From assembly GCA_963824995.1 (NCBI GenBank), contig CAWGRK010000006.1:256273-320272 (forward strand): a stretch of 64,000 nt of DNA, written 5' to 3'. Position 1 is the stretch's first letter. Each line of letters begins with the position of its first letter. Source of the DNA: an uncultured Actinomycetes bacterium (GTDB taxonomy: Bacteria; Actinomycetota; Acidimicrobiia; Spongiisociales; DATADW01). Made by a program: the position numbers and the translations under genes. Positions 11,160-21,630 of this stretch are shown in pieces. The notes beneath the pieces are model-generated. The model saw only the letters and a list, made by a program, of their open reading frames with translations, did not search any database and had not been told where the DNA came from.

Positions 11160-11656
11160 GATGCCTCCCGGGCGGCCGGCCTGGGCCACCGCGCCGCCTG
11201 GAGGTGGCAGAGCGCCACCGCCAGCGCATCGGCTGCGTCGGCCGGATGAGGCGGGGTCGCCAGCCCGAGCCGTCGCACCACCATCGCGGTCACCTGACGC
11301 TTGTCGGCACCACCGTCACCGGTCACTGCGAGCTTCACCTTCGTCGGCGGGTACTCGACCACCTCTGCCCCTGCCTGGGCCGCTGCCAGGATCGCCACCC
11401 CGGCGGCCCGTCCCACCGATGTGGCCGTGACCCGGTTGAGGTTTACGAAGACCTGTTCGATTGCGACGACCGGCGGCTTGTGCTCGGCGAGTATCTCGCA
11501 GAGGTCTCGGTGCAACTCGACAAGCCGGTGGCCGATCGAGGCGGCCGGGTCGGTCCGGATCACCCCGACGGCGACGGCACGGGGCTCTGACGGACCGCCG
11601 GCGATTACGGCGTACCCGGTGGTGGTGAGACCAGGATCGATCCCCAAGACGAACAC
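11156..11656 (-). CDS. ruvC: Crossover junction endodeoxyribonuclease RuvC
   Basis: VLGIDPG, VAIEQVF, DAADALAVALCH. Confidence 0.97.
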   Translation of the reverse strand: MFVLGIDPGLTTTGYAVIAGGPSEPRAVAVGVIRTDPAASIGHRLVELHRDLCEILAEHKPPVVAIEQVFVNLNRVTATSVGRAAGVAILAAAQAGAEVVEYPPTKVKLAVTGDGGADKRQVTAMVVRRLGLATPPHPADAADALAVALCHLQAARWPRPAAREAS

Positions 11657-11663
11657 CTGTACG
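11650..11663. promoter_or_regulatory. Putative LexA (SOS) box overlapping the ruvC start
   Basis: CGAAC-ACCT-GTACG, one mismatch to CGAAC-N4-GTTCG. Confidence 0.6.
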
Positions 11664-11789
11664 ACTGTAATGCCCGGCGCCAGCGGCACCGGGCATTACC
11701 AGACGCAGGTTTGCAGGCTTAGCTGTCGGCCGCCATCCCTTGCACTTTGGCGGGATCGGCTGTATCGATCGTCTGGCATGATCGCCGGG

Positions 11790-12671
11790 ATGCCGCGGGC
11801 CGACCTGAAAACAGGGATCGAGTTGGAGTACGACACCTTCGGTGACGCCGGCGACCCGGCGCTGATCCTGGTGATGGGTCTTGGCACCCAGATGATCGCC
11901 TGGCATCCCCGTTTCTGCGGGATGCTCGCCGACCACGGTCTTTTCGTCATTCGGTTCGACAACCGCGACTGCGGGCTTTCGACACGTCTGGATGACGCCG
12001 CCGTGGACGTCGTCGGTGCGCTACAGGCCTCTGTGTTGGGAGAACCGGTCTCGAGTGCCTACACGTTGTCCGACCTGGCGGGCGACGTGGCCGGTCTGCT
12101 CGATCACCTCGGGATCGAAGCAGCCCATGTCGTCGGGGTCTCGCTTGGGGGCATGATCGCCCAGACATTCGCCATCGAGTTCCCCCAACGGACCATGACG
12201 CTCACGTCGATGATGTCCTCGCCCGACCTGATGGCCTTCGCCGAAGCCTCCCCCGAGGCGGTGGCGCTGCTCTTCACCCCCAGACCCGAAGACCCCTCCG
12301 CCGCTCGCCAAGCGGTCCTGCACTCCGGCCGGGTGCTCGCCGGCGAGTTCTTCGACGAGAGAGTCGTGCTCGGTTACGAGCGGGCCGCTTCGGGGAGGGG
12401 AGGGCCCTACCCGATTGGCACCGCTCGTCAATTGTGCGCCGTCCTCGCCTCCGGGGCGAGAGAGGACGAGCTACGCCGACTGGCGGTCCCCACGCTGGTG
12501 ATCCATGGTGAGGCCGACCCGCTGATCCCACCCTCGGCCGGCCGGCGCACCGCAGAGTTGATACCAAGCGCCGAGTTGATGATGGTGGAGAAGATGGGCC
12601 ACGACCTGCCGATGCCGCTTTGGCCGATGCTCACGGAGAGGATCGGGGAGTTCGTAGCAACTAGTACCTAG
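11790..12671 (+). CDS. Alpha/beta fold hydrolase
   Basis: MGLGTQMIAW, RFDNRDCGLS, GVSLGG nucleophile elbow, HGEADPL, MGHDLP. Confidence 0.9.
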   Translation: MPRADLKTGIELEYDTFGDAGDPALILVMGLGTQMIAWHPRFCGMLADHGLFVIRFDNRDCGLSTRLDDAAVDVVGALQASVLGEPVSSAYTLSDLAGDVAGLLDHLGIEAAHVVGVSLGGMIAQTFAIEFPQRTMTLTSMMSSPDLMAFAEASPEAVALLFTPRPEDPSAARQAVLHSGRVLAGEFFDERVVLGYERAASGRGGPYPIGTARQLCAVLASGAREDELRRLAVPTLVIHGEADPLIPPSAGRRTAELIPSAELMMVEKMGHDLPMPLWPMLTERIGEFVATST

Positions 12672-12687
12672 CAAGAACTTGTGCCTG

Positions 12688-13428
12688 CTAACCGAGTTCG
12701 GCGAGAACGCGTTCGTCTATGTCGAAGTTGGCGTGGACCTCTTGGACGTCGTCGAGATCCTCGAGGGCGTCGACGAGGCGCAGGACTCGAGGCGCCGTGG
12801 GCCGGTCCACCTCGATGGTGGAGCGAGGGAGTTGGGTCACCTCGGCGTCTTCCACGATCAGCCCGCCGTCCTGCAGAGCTTCGCGCACGGTCCCTAGGTC
12901 ACCGGGTGCGGTGATCACCTCGAACTGACCCTCGCCGGAAGGCTTGATGTCCTCGGCTCCGGCGTCGAGCGCCGTCATCATCACCTCGTCCTCGCCGCCT
13001 TCCACCAGCAGGTACCCCTTCTGCTCGAAGAGGTAGGCGACCGACCCGGGCTCACCCAGGTTTCCCCCATTGCGGGTGAAGGCGGCACGGATGTCGGACC
13101 CTGCCCGGTTGCGGTTGTCGGTGAGGGCGAGCACGTAGAGCGCCACCCCACCGGGGCCGTAGCCCTCGTACCAGATCTCCTCATAGTGGGCGCCCTCGAC
13201 GTCACCAACACCCCGCTTGATGGCGCGCTCGATGTTGTCCATTGGGAGCGAGCTGCTGCGAGCCTTGTCGATCGCCTGGGCGAGAGTGGGGTTTCCGGTT
13301 GGGTCACCACCGCCCTGGCGAGCCGCCACCTCGATGGCACGCACCAGCTTGGCGAACAGCTTGCCCCTCCTGGCGTCCTGCGCCGCCTTCTTGTGCTTGA
13401 TCGTCGACCACTTGGAATGTCCGGACAT
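12688..13428 (-). CDS. yebC: YebC/PmpR family protein
   Basis: [39 protein letters not shown]. Confidence 0.96.
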   Translation of the reverse strand: MSGHSKWSTIKHKKAAQDARRGKLFAKLVRAIEVAARQGGGDPTGNPTLAQAIDKARSSSLPMDNIERAIKRGVGDVEGAHYEEIWYEGYGPGGVALYVLALTDNRNRAGSDIRAAFTRNGGNLGEPGSVAYLFEQKGYLLVEGGEDEVMMTALDAGAEDIKPSGEGQFEVITAPGDLGTVREALQDGGLIVEDAEVTQLPRSTIEVDRPTAPRVLRLVDALEDLDDVQEVHANFDIDERVLAELG

Positions 13429-13435
13429 GGAACCT

Positions 13436-14038
13436 TCAATCGAGAGGCGCGCCGTCGGGGTCTGCCGGCCCGGCTCCGGCCAGGTCGAGCAACAGTCTAT
13501 GGATGCGATCGTCACCCGTCAGTTCCGGATGGAACGAGGTGGCGATGACGTTGCCCTGTCGGATCATCACCGGGTGCCCGTCCACCTCGGATAGCACCTC
13601 GACACCATCCCCGACCGATGCCACCCAAGGCGCCCGGATGAACACGGCGTGAAAGGGATTCTCCAACCCGACGATTTCGAGGTCCACCTCGAAGGACTCG
13701 TTCTGGCGGCCAAAGGCGTTGCGCTCGACGACGACGTCCATCACGCCCAGTTGGGGCTGGGGGTCGCCGGTGGTGCCTCTCGCCAAGAGGATCATCCCGG
13801 CGCACGATCCGTAGGCAGGGAGCCCGTCTGCAATCGCCTTCTCCAGCGGTTCGAGCAACCCGAAGATCGTTGCCAGGCGGCCGATGGTGGTCGACTCGCC
13901 ACCTGGGATGACGATGGCGTCGATGTGATCGAGATCGGATGCGTGACGCACCTCGACCACGGACGCTCCCGCCTCCTCGAGGAGATTTACGTGCTCCCGG
14001 AAGTCACCTTGCAGAGCGAGGACGCCGACCCGGGTCAC
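13436..14038 (-). CDS. pdxT: PLP synthase glutaminase subunit
   Basis: [29 protein letters not shown]. Confidence 0.97.
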   Translation of the reverse strand: MTRVGVLALQGDFREHVNLLEEAGASVVEVRHASDLDHIDAIVIPGGESTTIGRLATIFGLLEPLEKAIADGLPAYGSCAGMILLARGTTGDPQPQLGVMDVVVERNAFGRQNESFEVDLEIVGLENPFHAVFIRAPWVASVGDGVEVLSEVDGHPVMIRQGNVIATSFHPELTGDDRIHRLLLDLAGAGPADPDGAPLD

Positions 14039-14054
14039 GGTTGCTTCCGGGAAA

Positions 14055-14942
14055 TCACCACCCGCGCTGTTGCAGCCGCTGGGTCTCCGTCAGGGTCCCG
14101 ATCTCGATGCCTGGCATCGCCTCGCCCAGCCCGCGGGAGACCTTGGCGAGGACATCTGGATCCATGTGGTAGGTGGTGGCCTCGACGATGGCGCGGGCGT
14201 ATTGGGCCGGATCGGAACTCTTGAAGATCCCCGAGCCGACGAAGACCCCATCGCAACCGAGCTGCATCATCAAGGCGGCGTCGGCCGGGCTGGCGATTCC
14301 TCCGGCTGCGAAGTTGACCACGGGTAGCGCCCCGGTGTCGGCCACTTCGCGCACCAGCTCGATGGGTGCCGCCAGGTCACGCGCCGCCGCCATCAGCTGA
14401 GCAGGGTCGAGACCGCTGAGCCATCGCATCTCGTCGGTCACGGTCCGCATGTGGCGTACCGCCTCCACGACGTTCCCGGTGCCCGCCTCTCCCTTGGTGC
14501 GGATCATGGCCGCCCCCTCACCGATACGGCGCAAGGCCTCGCCTAGGTTGCGCGCACCGCAGACGAAAGGCGTGGTGAAGGCCCACTTGTCCACGTGGTG
14601 CTCCTCATCGGCGGGGGTGAGGACCTCGCTCTCGTCGATGTAGTCCACCCCGAGCGACTGGAGCACCCGGGCCTCGACGAAGTGACCGATGCGGCATTTG
14701 GCCATCACGGGAATGGTGACGACCTCCATGATCTCGACGACCTTCTCGGGGTCGGCCATCCGGGCGACACCGCCTTCTTTGCGGATGTCGGCGGGGACGC
14801 GCTCCAACGCCATCACCGCTACGGCGCCGGCCTCCTCGGCGATCTTCGCCTGCTCGGCGTTGACCACGTCCATGATCACGCCGCCCTTGAGCATCTCGGC
14901 CAACCCACGCTTGACCCGGTCGGTTCCTCGTTCCACGTCCAT
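14055..14942 (-). CDS. pdxS: PLP synthase lyase subunit
   Basis: [35 protein letters not shown]. Confidence 0.98.
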   Translation of the reverse strand: MDVERGTDRVKRGLAEMLKGGVIMDVVNAEQAKIAEEAGAVAVMALERVPADIRKEGGVARMADPEKVVEIMEVVTIPVMAKCRIGHFVEARVLQSLGVDYIDESEVLTPADEEHHVDKWAFTTPFVCGARNLGEALRRIGEGAAMIRTKGEAGTGNVVEAVRHMRTVTDEMRWLSGLDPAQLMAAARDLAAPIELVREVADTGALPVVNFAAGGIASPADAALMMQLGCDGVFVGSGIFKSSDPAQYARAIVEATTYHMDPDVLAKVSRGLGEAMPGIEIGTLTETQRLQQRGW

Positions 14943-15057
14943 GCACCGCATTCTACGGCAGCCCAACTCGGGTGACCGACGGTCGTTCCCTGGGTCCAGA
15001 AATTTCTCGCCGATCTGGCTGCAAGGGCCTAGATCCTGTCAGTGTCCTGACATACAA

Positions 15058-15073
15058 TCGAACACATGTTCGA
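15058..15073. promoter_or_regulatory. Perfect LexA (SOS) box
   Basis: TCGAAC-ACAT-GTTCGA overlapping the ATG at 15066. Confidence 0.9.
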
Positions 15074-15429
15074 TACGGTCCATAAGTCTCCGCCCCGAAC
15101 CGTCCTTCCTGACGGGTTGGCGGAGATGGCTCCCGGGTCCCGACTTGGCGGCGGTGCTCGCCGGTCTCGACCGATCACGGCTCATCGGTCACGAGATGGT
15201 GATCGTGCTCCAAGGGTGCCGCATGCCCGCCCGCGACAGCGACCTCGACCACACCATCGACTTCGCCAAGGGTGGACGCACCCACCCCCACAACCTCGGA
15301 CCGCTCTGCCGGTATCACCACCGTCTGAAGCACGAGGCGGGGTGGAAACTGGAGCAACCGACACCGGGCCGCTTCATCTGGACCAGTCCCCTCGGCCACA
15401 CCTACCACTCACCGGATCGTGCGCCCTGA
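15066..15429 (+). pseudogene. Internally deleted DUF222/HNH (REP13E12-like) remnant
   Basis: MFD...LPDGLAEMAPG/PDLAAVLAGLDRSRL joined (one frameshift) to GCRMPARDSDLDH...NLGPLCRYHHRLKH..GW...WTSPLGHTY. Confidence 0.8.
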
Positions 15430-15478
15430 GCTCGCTGGCCGGGTCGGGCCGGGCCGGGCGCTGATCGACCGTTGCCTG

Positions 15479-15510
15479 GCCGTCTGGCTGCCGTCCGCCG
15501 TCCGCCGTCC
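15479..15510. repeat. Heptamer tandem repeat (CCGTCCG)n
   Basis: Seen directly, just upstream of pimA. Confidence 0.75.
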
Positions 15511-15530
15511 TACGGAGCACAATCCCCCCG

Positions 15531-16553
15531 ATGAATATCGCCGTCATCTGCCCGTACTCGCTCGACAGGCACGGCGGCGTCCAGGCCCAGACGATCGGTT
15601 TGGTCGAACGGCTGCGTGGCGAGGGTCACGCCGCTTGGCTGGTCGCCCCCGGCCGCACGGGCCCCGAGCGGGCGCGACTGGTGGGGTCCACAATCACAGT
15701 CCCCGCGAATCGCTCTACCGTCCCGGTGGCGCTCGGCCCCGGTGTGCCCGGCCGGGTACGAAGAGCCATCGATGGTGCCGAGCTGGTCCACGTCCACGAG
15801 CCGCTGATGCCGCTCGTCTCGTGGTCAGCATTGGCGGCGACGGTTCCGATAGTCGGCACCTTTCATGCCGACCCGAGCGATTTGATCAGGCGGTCGTATC
15901 GGGTAGCAGGCCCGGTGCTGGGCATCCGTCGCCGGTTGGCTGCGGTGACCGCGGTCAGCCAGGTGGCGGCTGCGGCGGTGGAGCCACTGTTTGACGAGAT
16001 CACAGTGATCCCGAACGCCGTGGAGGAAGGGACCATCCCCGACGTCGACAGGGTGGCGACCCGGGTGGCGTTCGTGGGGAGAGACGACGCTCGCAAGGGA
16101 TTGGACGTGCTCCTGGAAGCGTGGCCGGGGGTAGTGGCGGCGGTCCCCGGGGCCGAGTTGGTTGTGATCGGGGCCGATCGGGCCGATCGTCCCGGGGTCC
16201 GCTTCCTCGGCCGCATTCCCGACGCCGACAAGATGGGCGCACTGGCCTCAGCCACCGTGTTCTGCGCACCCAACCTGGGCGGTGAGAGCTTTGGGATCAC
16301 GTTGGTGGAGGCGATGGCGGCCGGATGCCGGGTGGTTGCTTCGGACCTCCCCGGCTTCAGAGAGGTCCTCGCAGGCCTGGGTGACCTTGTCCCAGCCGGC
16401 GACCCCGAGGCGCTCGCCGGTGCGCTGGTACGCGCTCTGGCCAGGCCCTTCGATCCCGAGCCGTGGCGGCACAGGGCCGCGGAGTTCGACTGGTCGGTGG
16501 TGCTGCCCCGCTACCTCGAGGTTTACCGGTCGGTGCTACGCAAGGCCGGCTGA
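15531..16553 (+). CDS. pimA: GT4 glycosyltransferase, PI alpha-mannosyltransferase PimA-like
   Basis: ICPYS..GGVQ, HVHEP, RKG, PNLGGESFGITLVEAMAAG; next to acyltransferase and PIP synthase. Confidence 0.85.
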   Translation: MNIAVICPYSLDRHGGVQAQTIGLVERLRGEGHAAWLVAPGRTGPERARLVGSTITVPANRSTVPVALGPGVPGRVRRAIDGAELVHVHEPLMPLVSWSALAATVPIVGTFHADPSDLIRRSYRVAGPVLGIRRRLAAVTAVSQVAAAAVEPLFDEITVIPNAVEEGTIPDVDRVATRVAFVGRDDARKGLDVLLEAWPGVVAAVPGAELVVIGADRADRPGVRFLGRIPDADKMGALASATVFCAPNLGGESFGITLVEAMAAGCRVVASDLPGFREVLAGLGDLVPAGDPEALAGALVRALARPFDPEPWRHRAAEFDWSVVLPRYLEVYRSVLRKAG

Positions 16554-17453
16554 ATCAGGACGGTCCGACGGCCAGTTGGGCTGGAGCAGGTGCCACTGCG
16601 AGGGCGCCAAACGGATCAACTCCTCGAGAGCGGAGGCGACCAACTGGGTGCCCGCCGCAATCCGCTCCGAACGAGTCCCCTCTTCGGGGATCCGGATCGG
16701 GGGTAGGACGACCAGACGGTGACCGGGGCCTTCGAGGAAGAAGCAGGCGACTGGGAGCAGGGCCGCTCCGCTGCGCATCGCCAGTGACACAGGGCCGGCG
16801 GGAAGGGTCGTCTTCTCGCCGAAGAACTCCACCGGCACCCCACGACCCCTCAGGTCCCGATCGCAAAGCAGGGCTACCGCCCCGTTGCGATCCACCATGC
16901 CCTGCAGGTCCTTCATCAAGGAACGTCCCGGTTCGGCCAGCACCGCCTCGATCCCGAAGGAGGAGCGCAACCCGACGAACCAGGACGAGAGGCGGCGATT
17001 GCTGAGCGACTCGGCCACGGCCATGACCGGCACTCCGATGCCGACCGAAGCCGTAGCCGCAACCTCCCAGTTCCCAACATGGGGAACCGCGTAGATGAGC
17101 CCGGCACCCTCATCGCGGGCACGCTCGAGGTAATGGAGCCCAACGGTCTCCACCGCCGCCGCCATGGCTGGGATCCTCTTCTCTCGGGCCCACAGAACCT
17201 CGGCCCAGTACCGCCCGTATGCAGAGAAGACACTCCGGGTGGCGGTGTCCACGTCGGCATCAGCCCCGAGGGCCCTGGCCATGTGGCGCCGGGCCATAGC
17301 CCTCCGCTTCGAGTCGGTGAGATACCAAAGGCGGCCAGCCCACTCCCCCAGCCGGATGGCGGCACGCTCGGGCAGTACGGCCACGATGGCCGAGCCCAAC
17401 CGCAGCAGCCAGTAGGCCACGGTATCTCCGATGGCTGCGACCGGCCGGCGCAC
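16536..17453 (-). CDS. Phosphatidylinositol mannoside acyltransferase (PatA-like)
   Basis: YGRYWAE, PHVGNWE, LLCDRDL, QWHLLQPNW. Confidence 0.9.
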   Translation of the reverse strand: MRRPVAAIGDTVAYWLLRLGSAIVAVLPERAAIRLGEWAGRLWYLTDSKRRAMARRHMARALGADADVDTATRSVFSAYGRYWAEVLWAREKRIPAMAAAVETVGLHYLERARDEGAGLIYAVPHVGNWEVAATASVGIGVPVMAVAESLSNRRLSSWFVGLRSSFGIEAVLAEPGRSLMKDLQGMVDRNGAVALLCDRDLRGRGVPVEFFGEKTTLPAGPVSLAMRSGAALLPVACFFLEGPGHRLVVLPPIRIPEEGTRSERIAAGTQLVASALEELIRLAPSQWHLLQPNWPSDRPDSAGLA

Positions 17454-17511
17454 CGGCGGCGCGACGAACGCGGAGGCGCGCGTCTTTTCGTCGCCGGCTG
17501 CGGAGTCCGCT

Positions 17512-18090
17512 TCAGTCCTCCTGGTGGAGTCGCTGCCAGGTGAGGACGAACCGTTGACCCACCGTGATCCAGGTAAGGACGGTCATCGCCCACAGCATCG
17601 GACCGACGAACCCGAAGACGAGGCCGGCGGTGAAGAGGATCACCCGCTCGGAACGGCCCATCCACCCCCCGCGCCCCTCGACCCCCAACCCCTCAGCCTT
17701 AGCCCGGATGAAGGGAACTAGGAGAGATCCGCCCAGGCTCAGGCCGCAGAGGATCACGTAAAGCGGCGTGTCGGCCACCGCGTAGGCGAGGGCAGAGAAG
17801 ATGGCGATCTCACCTACCCGGTCGGCGACGGTGTCCACGAGAGCGCCGCTCGGACCAGCTCTACCCGTGGCCCGGGCCACCGCCCCGTCGAGTCCGTCGA
17901 GAATGGCGCCCGCCGCAGCTATCCACCCGCCGAGGACGAACCGGCCGCTGGCGATCAGCCCCGCCCCGACCAATGACAGGGCCAAGCCGATCAGGGTGAG
18001 TGACGTCGGAGTGAAACCGAGCCGACCGAGGAATCGGCCGATCGGGTCGGTGATCCGCTCCACCGACCCTCGAACTCTGAGTTCGATCAA
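17512..18090 (-). CDS. pgsA: CDP-alcohol phosphatidyltransferase (PIP synthase, PgsA1-like)
   Basis: DGLDGAVARATG...GALVDTVADRVGE motif; TTG start after AAGGGAG. Confidence 0.88.
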   Translation of the reverse strand: MIELRVRGSVERITDPIGRFLGRLGFTPTSLTLIGLALSLVGAGLIASGRFVLGGWIAAAGAILDGLDGAVARATGRAGPSGALVDTVADRVGEIAIFSALAYAVADTPLYVILCGLSLGGSLLVPFIRAKAEGLGVEGRGGWMGRSERVILFTAGLVFGFVGPMLWAMTVLTWITVGQRFVLTWQRLHQED

Positions 18091-18185
18091 CGCTGGTGCT
18101 CCCTTGGGGCGGGAAACGTACCACAGGAAATTCGCCCAAACCCTTCTCACTACACTCGCTGAGCGACGACCGAAGAGGAGGTCCG

Positions 18186-20246
18186 GTGGTCCCCGAACGC
18201 ATCCGCAACGTGGTCATGGTCGGCCACGGAGGGAGCGGGAAGACATCGCTCGCCGAGGCGCTGCTCTTCGCGGCCGGGTCAACGACACGGGTGGGTCGGG
18301 TCGAGGACGGCAACACCGTCATGGATCACGAGCCGGAGGAAGTGGAGCGTGGTATCTCCCTCTCGCTTGGTGTCGCGTCCTTTCCCTGGAAGGACCACAA
18401 GATCAACCTCCTCGACACCCCGGGATACGCCGACTTCGTCGGGGAGGCGAGGGCGGCGCTGAGGGCGGCGGACCTCGCCCTCTTCGTGGTCTCGGCGGTG
18501 GACGGGGTGGAGGTCCAAACCGAGATCCTCTGGCGGGTGGCGGGCGAGGAGGGGATACCTCGGGCGGTCTTCGTCAACAAGCTCGACAGGGAGAGGGCCA
18601 GCTTCACCAGGACACTCGACGAACTGAAGGAGGCCTTCGGGAAGCGGATTGCCCCTGTCCAGGTTCCCGTCGGGACCGAGGCTTCGCTTCAGGGAATCAC
18701 CCGTGTAGTGAGCAACCGCACCTACCTGTACACCGATGGCGATCCCCAGGGCGTGCTGAGCGAAGGCGGCGACGGGGAGTTGGCAGCCGAGGCGCACCAG
18801 GCCCTGGTGGAGGCGGTGGTCGAGACCGACGATGCCATGCTCGAGGCGTACTTCGAGGGTGAGGACCCCAGCCCCGACCAGGTGGTCACCGCGGTCCACA
18901 ACGGGATGCTCGAAGGGGAGATATTCCCTGTGCTATGCGGCTCGGCCACCCAGTTGGTGGGCATCGATTCCCTGGCCGAGTTCATCATCGACTTCGGGCC
19001 CAAGCCGCTCGAACACGCCGCTCCTCCTCTACAAACCGGCGACCTTGATGAACTGGCCACCGACGGCCCCGTCGTCGCCTACGTCTTCAAGACGCTCTCG
19101 GACCCGTACGTGGGGAGGATCTCGTTCTTCCGGGTGTTCACCGGAACCCTGCGACTCGACGACGAGCTGGAAGTGGCGGGACGAGGGGTGAAGGGGCGGA
19201 TGCACAATCTCTTCTTCATGCAGGGCAAGGAGCACAACGAGGCCAGGGAGGTCGCCGCCGGCGACATCGCCGCCATAGCCAAGTTCGAGGCGGCACACGC
19301 CGGCGACACGCTTCGCAGCTCCGGGGCGGACGCCGTCATCGTCCCCGTGACCTACCCCGCTCCGGTGATGGCCGTCGCGGTCAGCCCCCACACCTCTCAG
19401 GACGAGGAGAAGCTCTCCACGGCCCTCCAGCGGATATTGGAGGAGGATCCCACTCTCCAGGTGGAACGTCGCCCGGAGACACGAGAGACTCTCCTCACCG
19501 GTCTCGGCGACTCGCACCTCGAAGTCACCCTTGCCCGGATTGCCCGCAAGTTCGGCGTGTCCGTGGACACCGCCACTCCCAAGGTTCCTTACCGCGAGGC
19601 GATCACGCGGCCAGCTCAAGCCGAGGGCAAGCACAAGAAGCAGACCGGTGGCCGGGGCCAGTTCGGAGTGGCTTCAGTCAAATTCGAGCCACACGAGCGC
19701 GGCAGCGGCTACGAGTTCGTCGACGACGTCAAGGGGGGTTCCATCCCCCGTCAGTTCATCCCTGCTGTCGACCGCGGCATACGAGAGGCGCTCGACAGGG
19801 GGATCCTCGCCGGCTACCCGGTGACCGACGTGCGGGCGGCCGTGTTCGACGGCAAATACCACTCGGTCGACTCTGACGAGCTTTCCTTTCGCATGGCGGG
19901 GATCCAGGCGCTGCGGACCGCCGCCCCCGATCTCGGGGCTGTTCTCCTCGAGCCGATCATGCAGCTTCGCATCACCGTTCCCGAGGAGCACATGGGTGAT
20001 GTCATGGGTGACATCAACGCCCGCAGGGGGAAGGTCCTCGGGATGGACTCCGACGGGACTATGAGGGTGGTGACCGCCGAAGTGCCAATGGGTGAGGTGC
20101 AGCGGTACGCCATCGACCTTCGCTCGATGACCCATGGCCGAGGTGTGTACGAGATCGAGTTCGACCATTACGCCGAGATGCCAAGCAACGAGGCGCAGAG
20201 GGTCATCGCCGCCAGCCAGGCGGCCCGTCAGGAGGGTGAGCGGTGA
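18186..20246 (+). CDS. Elongation factor G-like protein (EF-G2)
   Basis: GHGGSGKT, DTPGY, NKLD, KKQTGGRGQF, YHSVDS; solitary, outside the str operon. Confidence 0.93.
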   Translation: MVPERIRNVVMVGHGGSGKTSLAEALLFAAGSTTRVGRVEDGNTVMDHEPEEVERGISLSLGVASFPWKDHKINLLDTPGYADFVGEARAALRAADLALFVVSAVDGVEVQTEILWRVAGEEGIPRAVFVNKLDRERASFTRTLDELKEAFGKRIAPVQVPVGTEASLQGITRVVSNRTYLYTDGDPQGVLSEGGDGELAAEAHQALVEAVVETDDAMLEAYFEGEDPSPDQVVTAVHNGMLEGEIFPVLCGSATQLVGIDSLAEFIIDFGPKPLEHAAPPLQTGDLDELATDGPVVAYVFKTLSDPYVGRISFFRVFTGTLRLDDELEVAGRGVKGRMHNLFFMQGKEHNEAREVAAGDIAAIAKFEAAHAGDTLRSSGADAVIVPVTYPAPVMAVAVSPHTSQDEEKLSTALQRILEEDPTLQVERRPETRETLLTGLGDSHLEVTLARIARKFGVSVDTATPKVPYREAITRPAQAEGKHKKQTGGRGQFGVASVKFEPHERGSGYEFVDDVKGGSIPRQFIPAVDRGIREALDRGILAGYPVTDVRAAVFDGKYHSVDSDELSFRMAGIQALRTAAPDLGAVLLEPIMQLRITVPEEHMGDVMGDINARRGKVLGMDSDGTMRVVTAEVPMGEVQRYAIDLRSMTHGRGVYEIEFDHYAEMPSNEAQRVIAASQAARQEGER

Positions 20247-21544
20247 GCACCGGCAACGACAATGGTGCGGCCCGATTGAGCGTCGAGGGCAAGGAACTCA
20301 CTCTCCCCGTGCTCGAGGGCACCGACGGTGGCGCCGCGCTCGACGTTTCCAAGCTGCGGGCGGAGACCGGGTTCGTAGCCTTCGACCCCGGCTACGGGAA
20401 CACTGCCGAGACACGAAGCTCGATCACCCTGCTCGACGGCGAGGCAGGTGTACTCCGCTACCGCGGTTACCCGATCGAGCAACTGGCGGAGCAGTCCACC
20501 TTCCTCGAGGTCGCCTACCTGCTGTCCTATGGCGATCTGCCCACTGCCGATGGCCTCGCAGAGTGGGAGGACTCGATCACCCGTCACACGATGCTCCGGG
20601 AGGACATGAAGTACCTATTCGAGGCCTTCCCCCACGACGCGCATCCCATGCAGGTGCTCTCCTCGGCGGTCTCGGCGCTCGCCACGTACTACCCGGACGC
20701 CCTCGACCCCCACGACGAGGAGTCGCTCGACCTGAGCGCCAGGAGGCTCATCGCCAAGTCGATCACGATGTCGGCCTGGGCCTACAAGTACAGCGTCCAC
20801 CAGCCGTACGTCTATCCGCGCAACGACGCCGACTACGCCACCAACTTCCTGGCGATGATGTTCTCCATCCCCCCGGTGGAAACCAAGATCGACCCGACGA
20901 TCGCCAAGGCGCTCGACCTGCTGTTCGTTCTCCACGCCGACCATGAGCAGAACTGCTCTGCCTCGACGGTACGCCTGGTCGGCTCCGGAGGCGCCAACCT
21001 CTTCTCGGCGGTGTCCGCAGGCATCCACGCGCTCTCAGGACCCCTCCACGGCGGGGCCAACCAGGAAGTGGTCGAGATGCTGCAGGAGATACACGAAGGC
21101 GGTGGCGACATATCCCGGTTCGTGGCGAGGGCCAAGGACCGCAGCGATCCCTTCCGACTGATGGGATTCGGCCACCGGGTGTACAAGAACTTCGATCCGC
21201 GAGCCACCATCATCAAGAAGACCGCGCTCGAGGTCCTGGACCAGCTCGACGTGGACGACCCGCTGCTCGACCTGGCAATGGAGTTGGAGCAGGTCGCCCT
21301 CACCGACGATTACTTCGTCGAGAGGAAGCTGTACCCCAACGTGGACTTCTACTCAGGGATCATCTACCGGGCGCTCGGGTTCCCCGTCGAGATGTTCCCG
21401 GTTCTGTTCGCCATCGGCCGGATGCCGGGTTGGATCGCCCAGTTCCGCGAGTCTGCCGCCGACCCCCACACCAGGATCGGCCGGCCCCGGCAGGTGTACA
21501 CCGGCGTCGTCGAACGCGACTACGTCCCGCTCACGGACCGCTGA
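20243..21544 (+). CDS. gltA: Citrate synthase (type II)
   Basis: LHADHEQNCS, GPLHGGAN, LMGFGHRVYKN, LYPNVDFYSG. Confidence 0.97.
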   Translation: MSTGNDNGAARLSVEGKELTLPVLEGTDGGAALDVSKLRAETGFVAFDPGYGNTAETRSSITLLDGEAGVLRYRGYPIEQLAEQSTFLEVAYLLSYGDLPTADGLAEWEDSITRHTMLREDMKYLFEAFPHDAHPMQVLSSAVSALATYYPDALDPHDEESLDLSARRLIAKSITMSAWAYKYSVHQPYVYPRNDADYATNFLAMMFSIPPVETKIDPTIAKALDLLFVLHADHEQNCSASTVRLVGSGGANLFSAVSAGIHALSGPLHGGANQEVVEMLQEIHEGGGDISRFVARAKDRSDPFRLMGFGHRVYKNFDPRATIIKKTALEVLDQLDVDDPLLDLAMELEQVALTDDYFVERKLYPNVDFYSGIIYRALGFPVEMFPVLFAIGRMPGWIAQFRESAADPHTRIGRPRQVYTGVVERDYVPLTDR

Positions 21545-21630
21545 CTCGCTCCGCCGACGGCCGCGGACCTCGTGCTCCGCGATGACTCCGGCGGCCCTCG
21601 GTCGTCATCAAGACCGAGAGGAGGTTCTCT

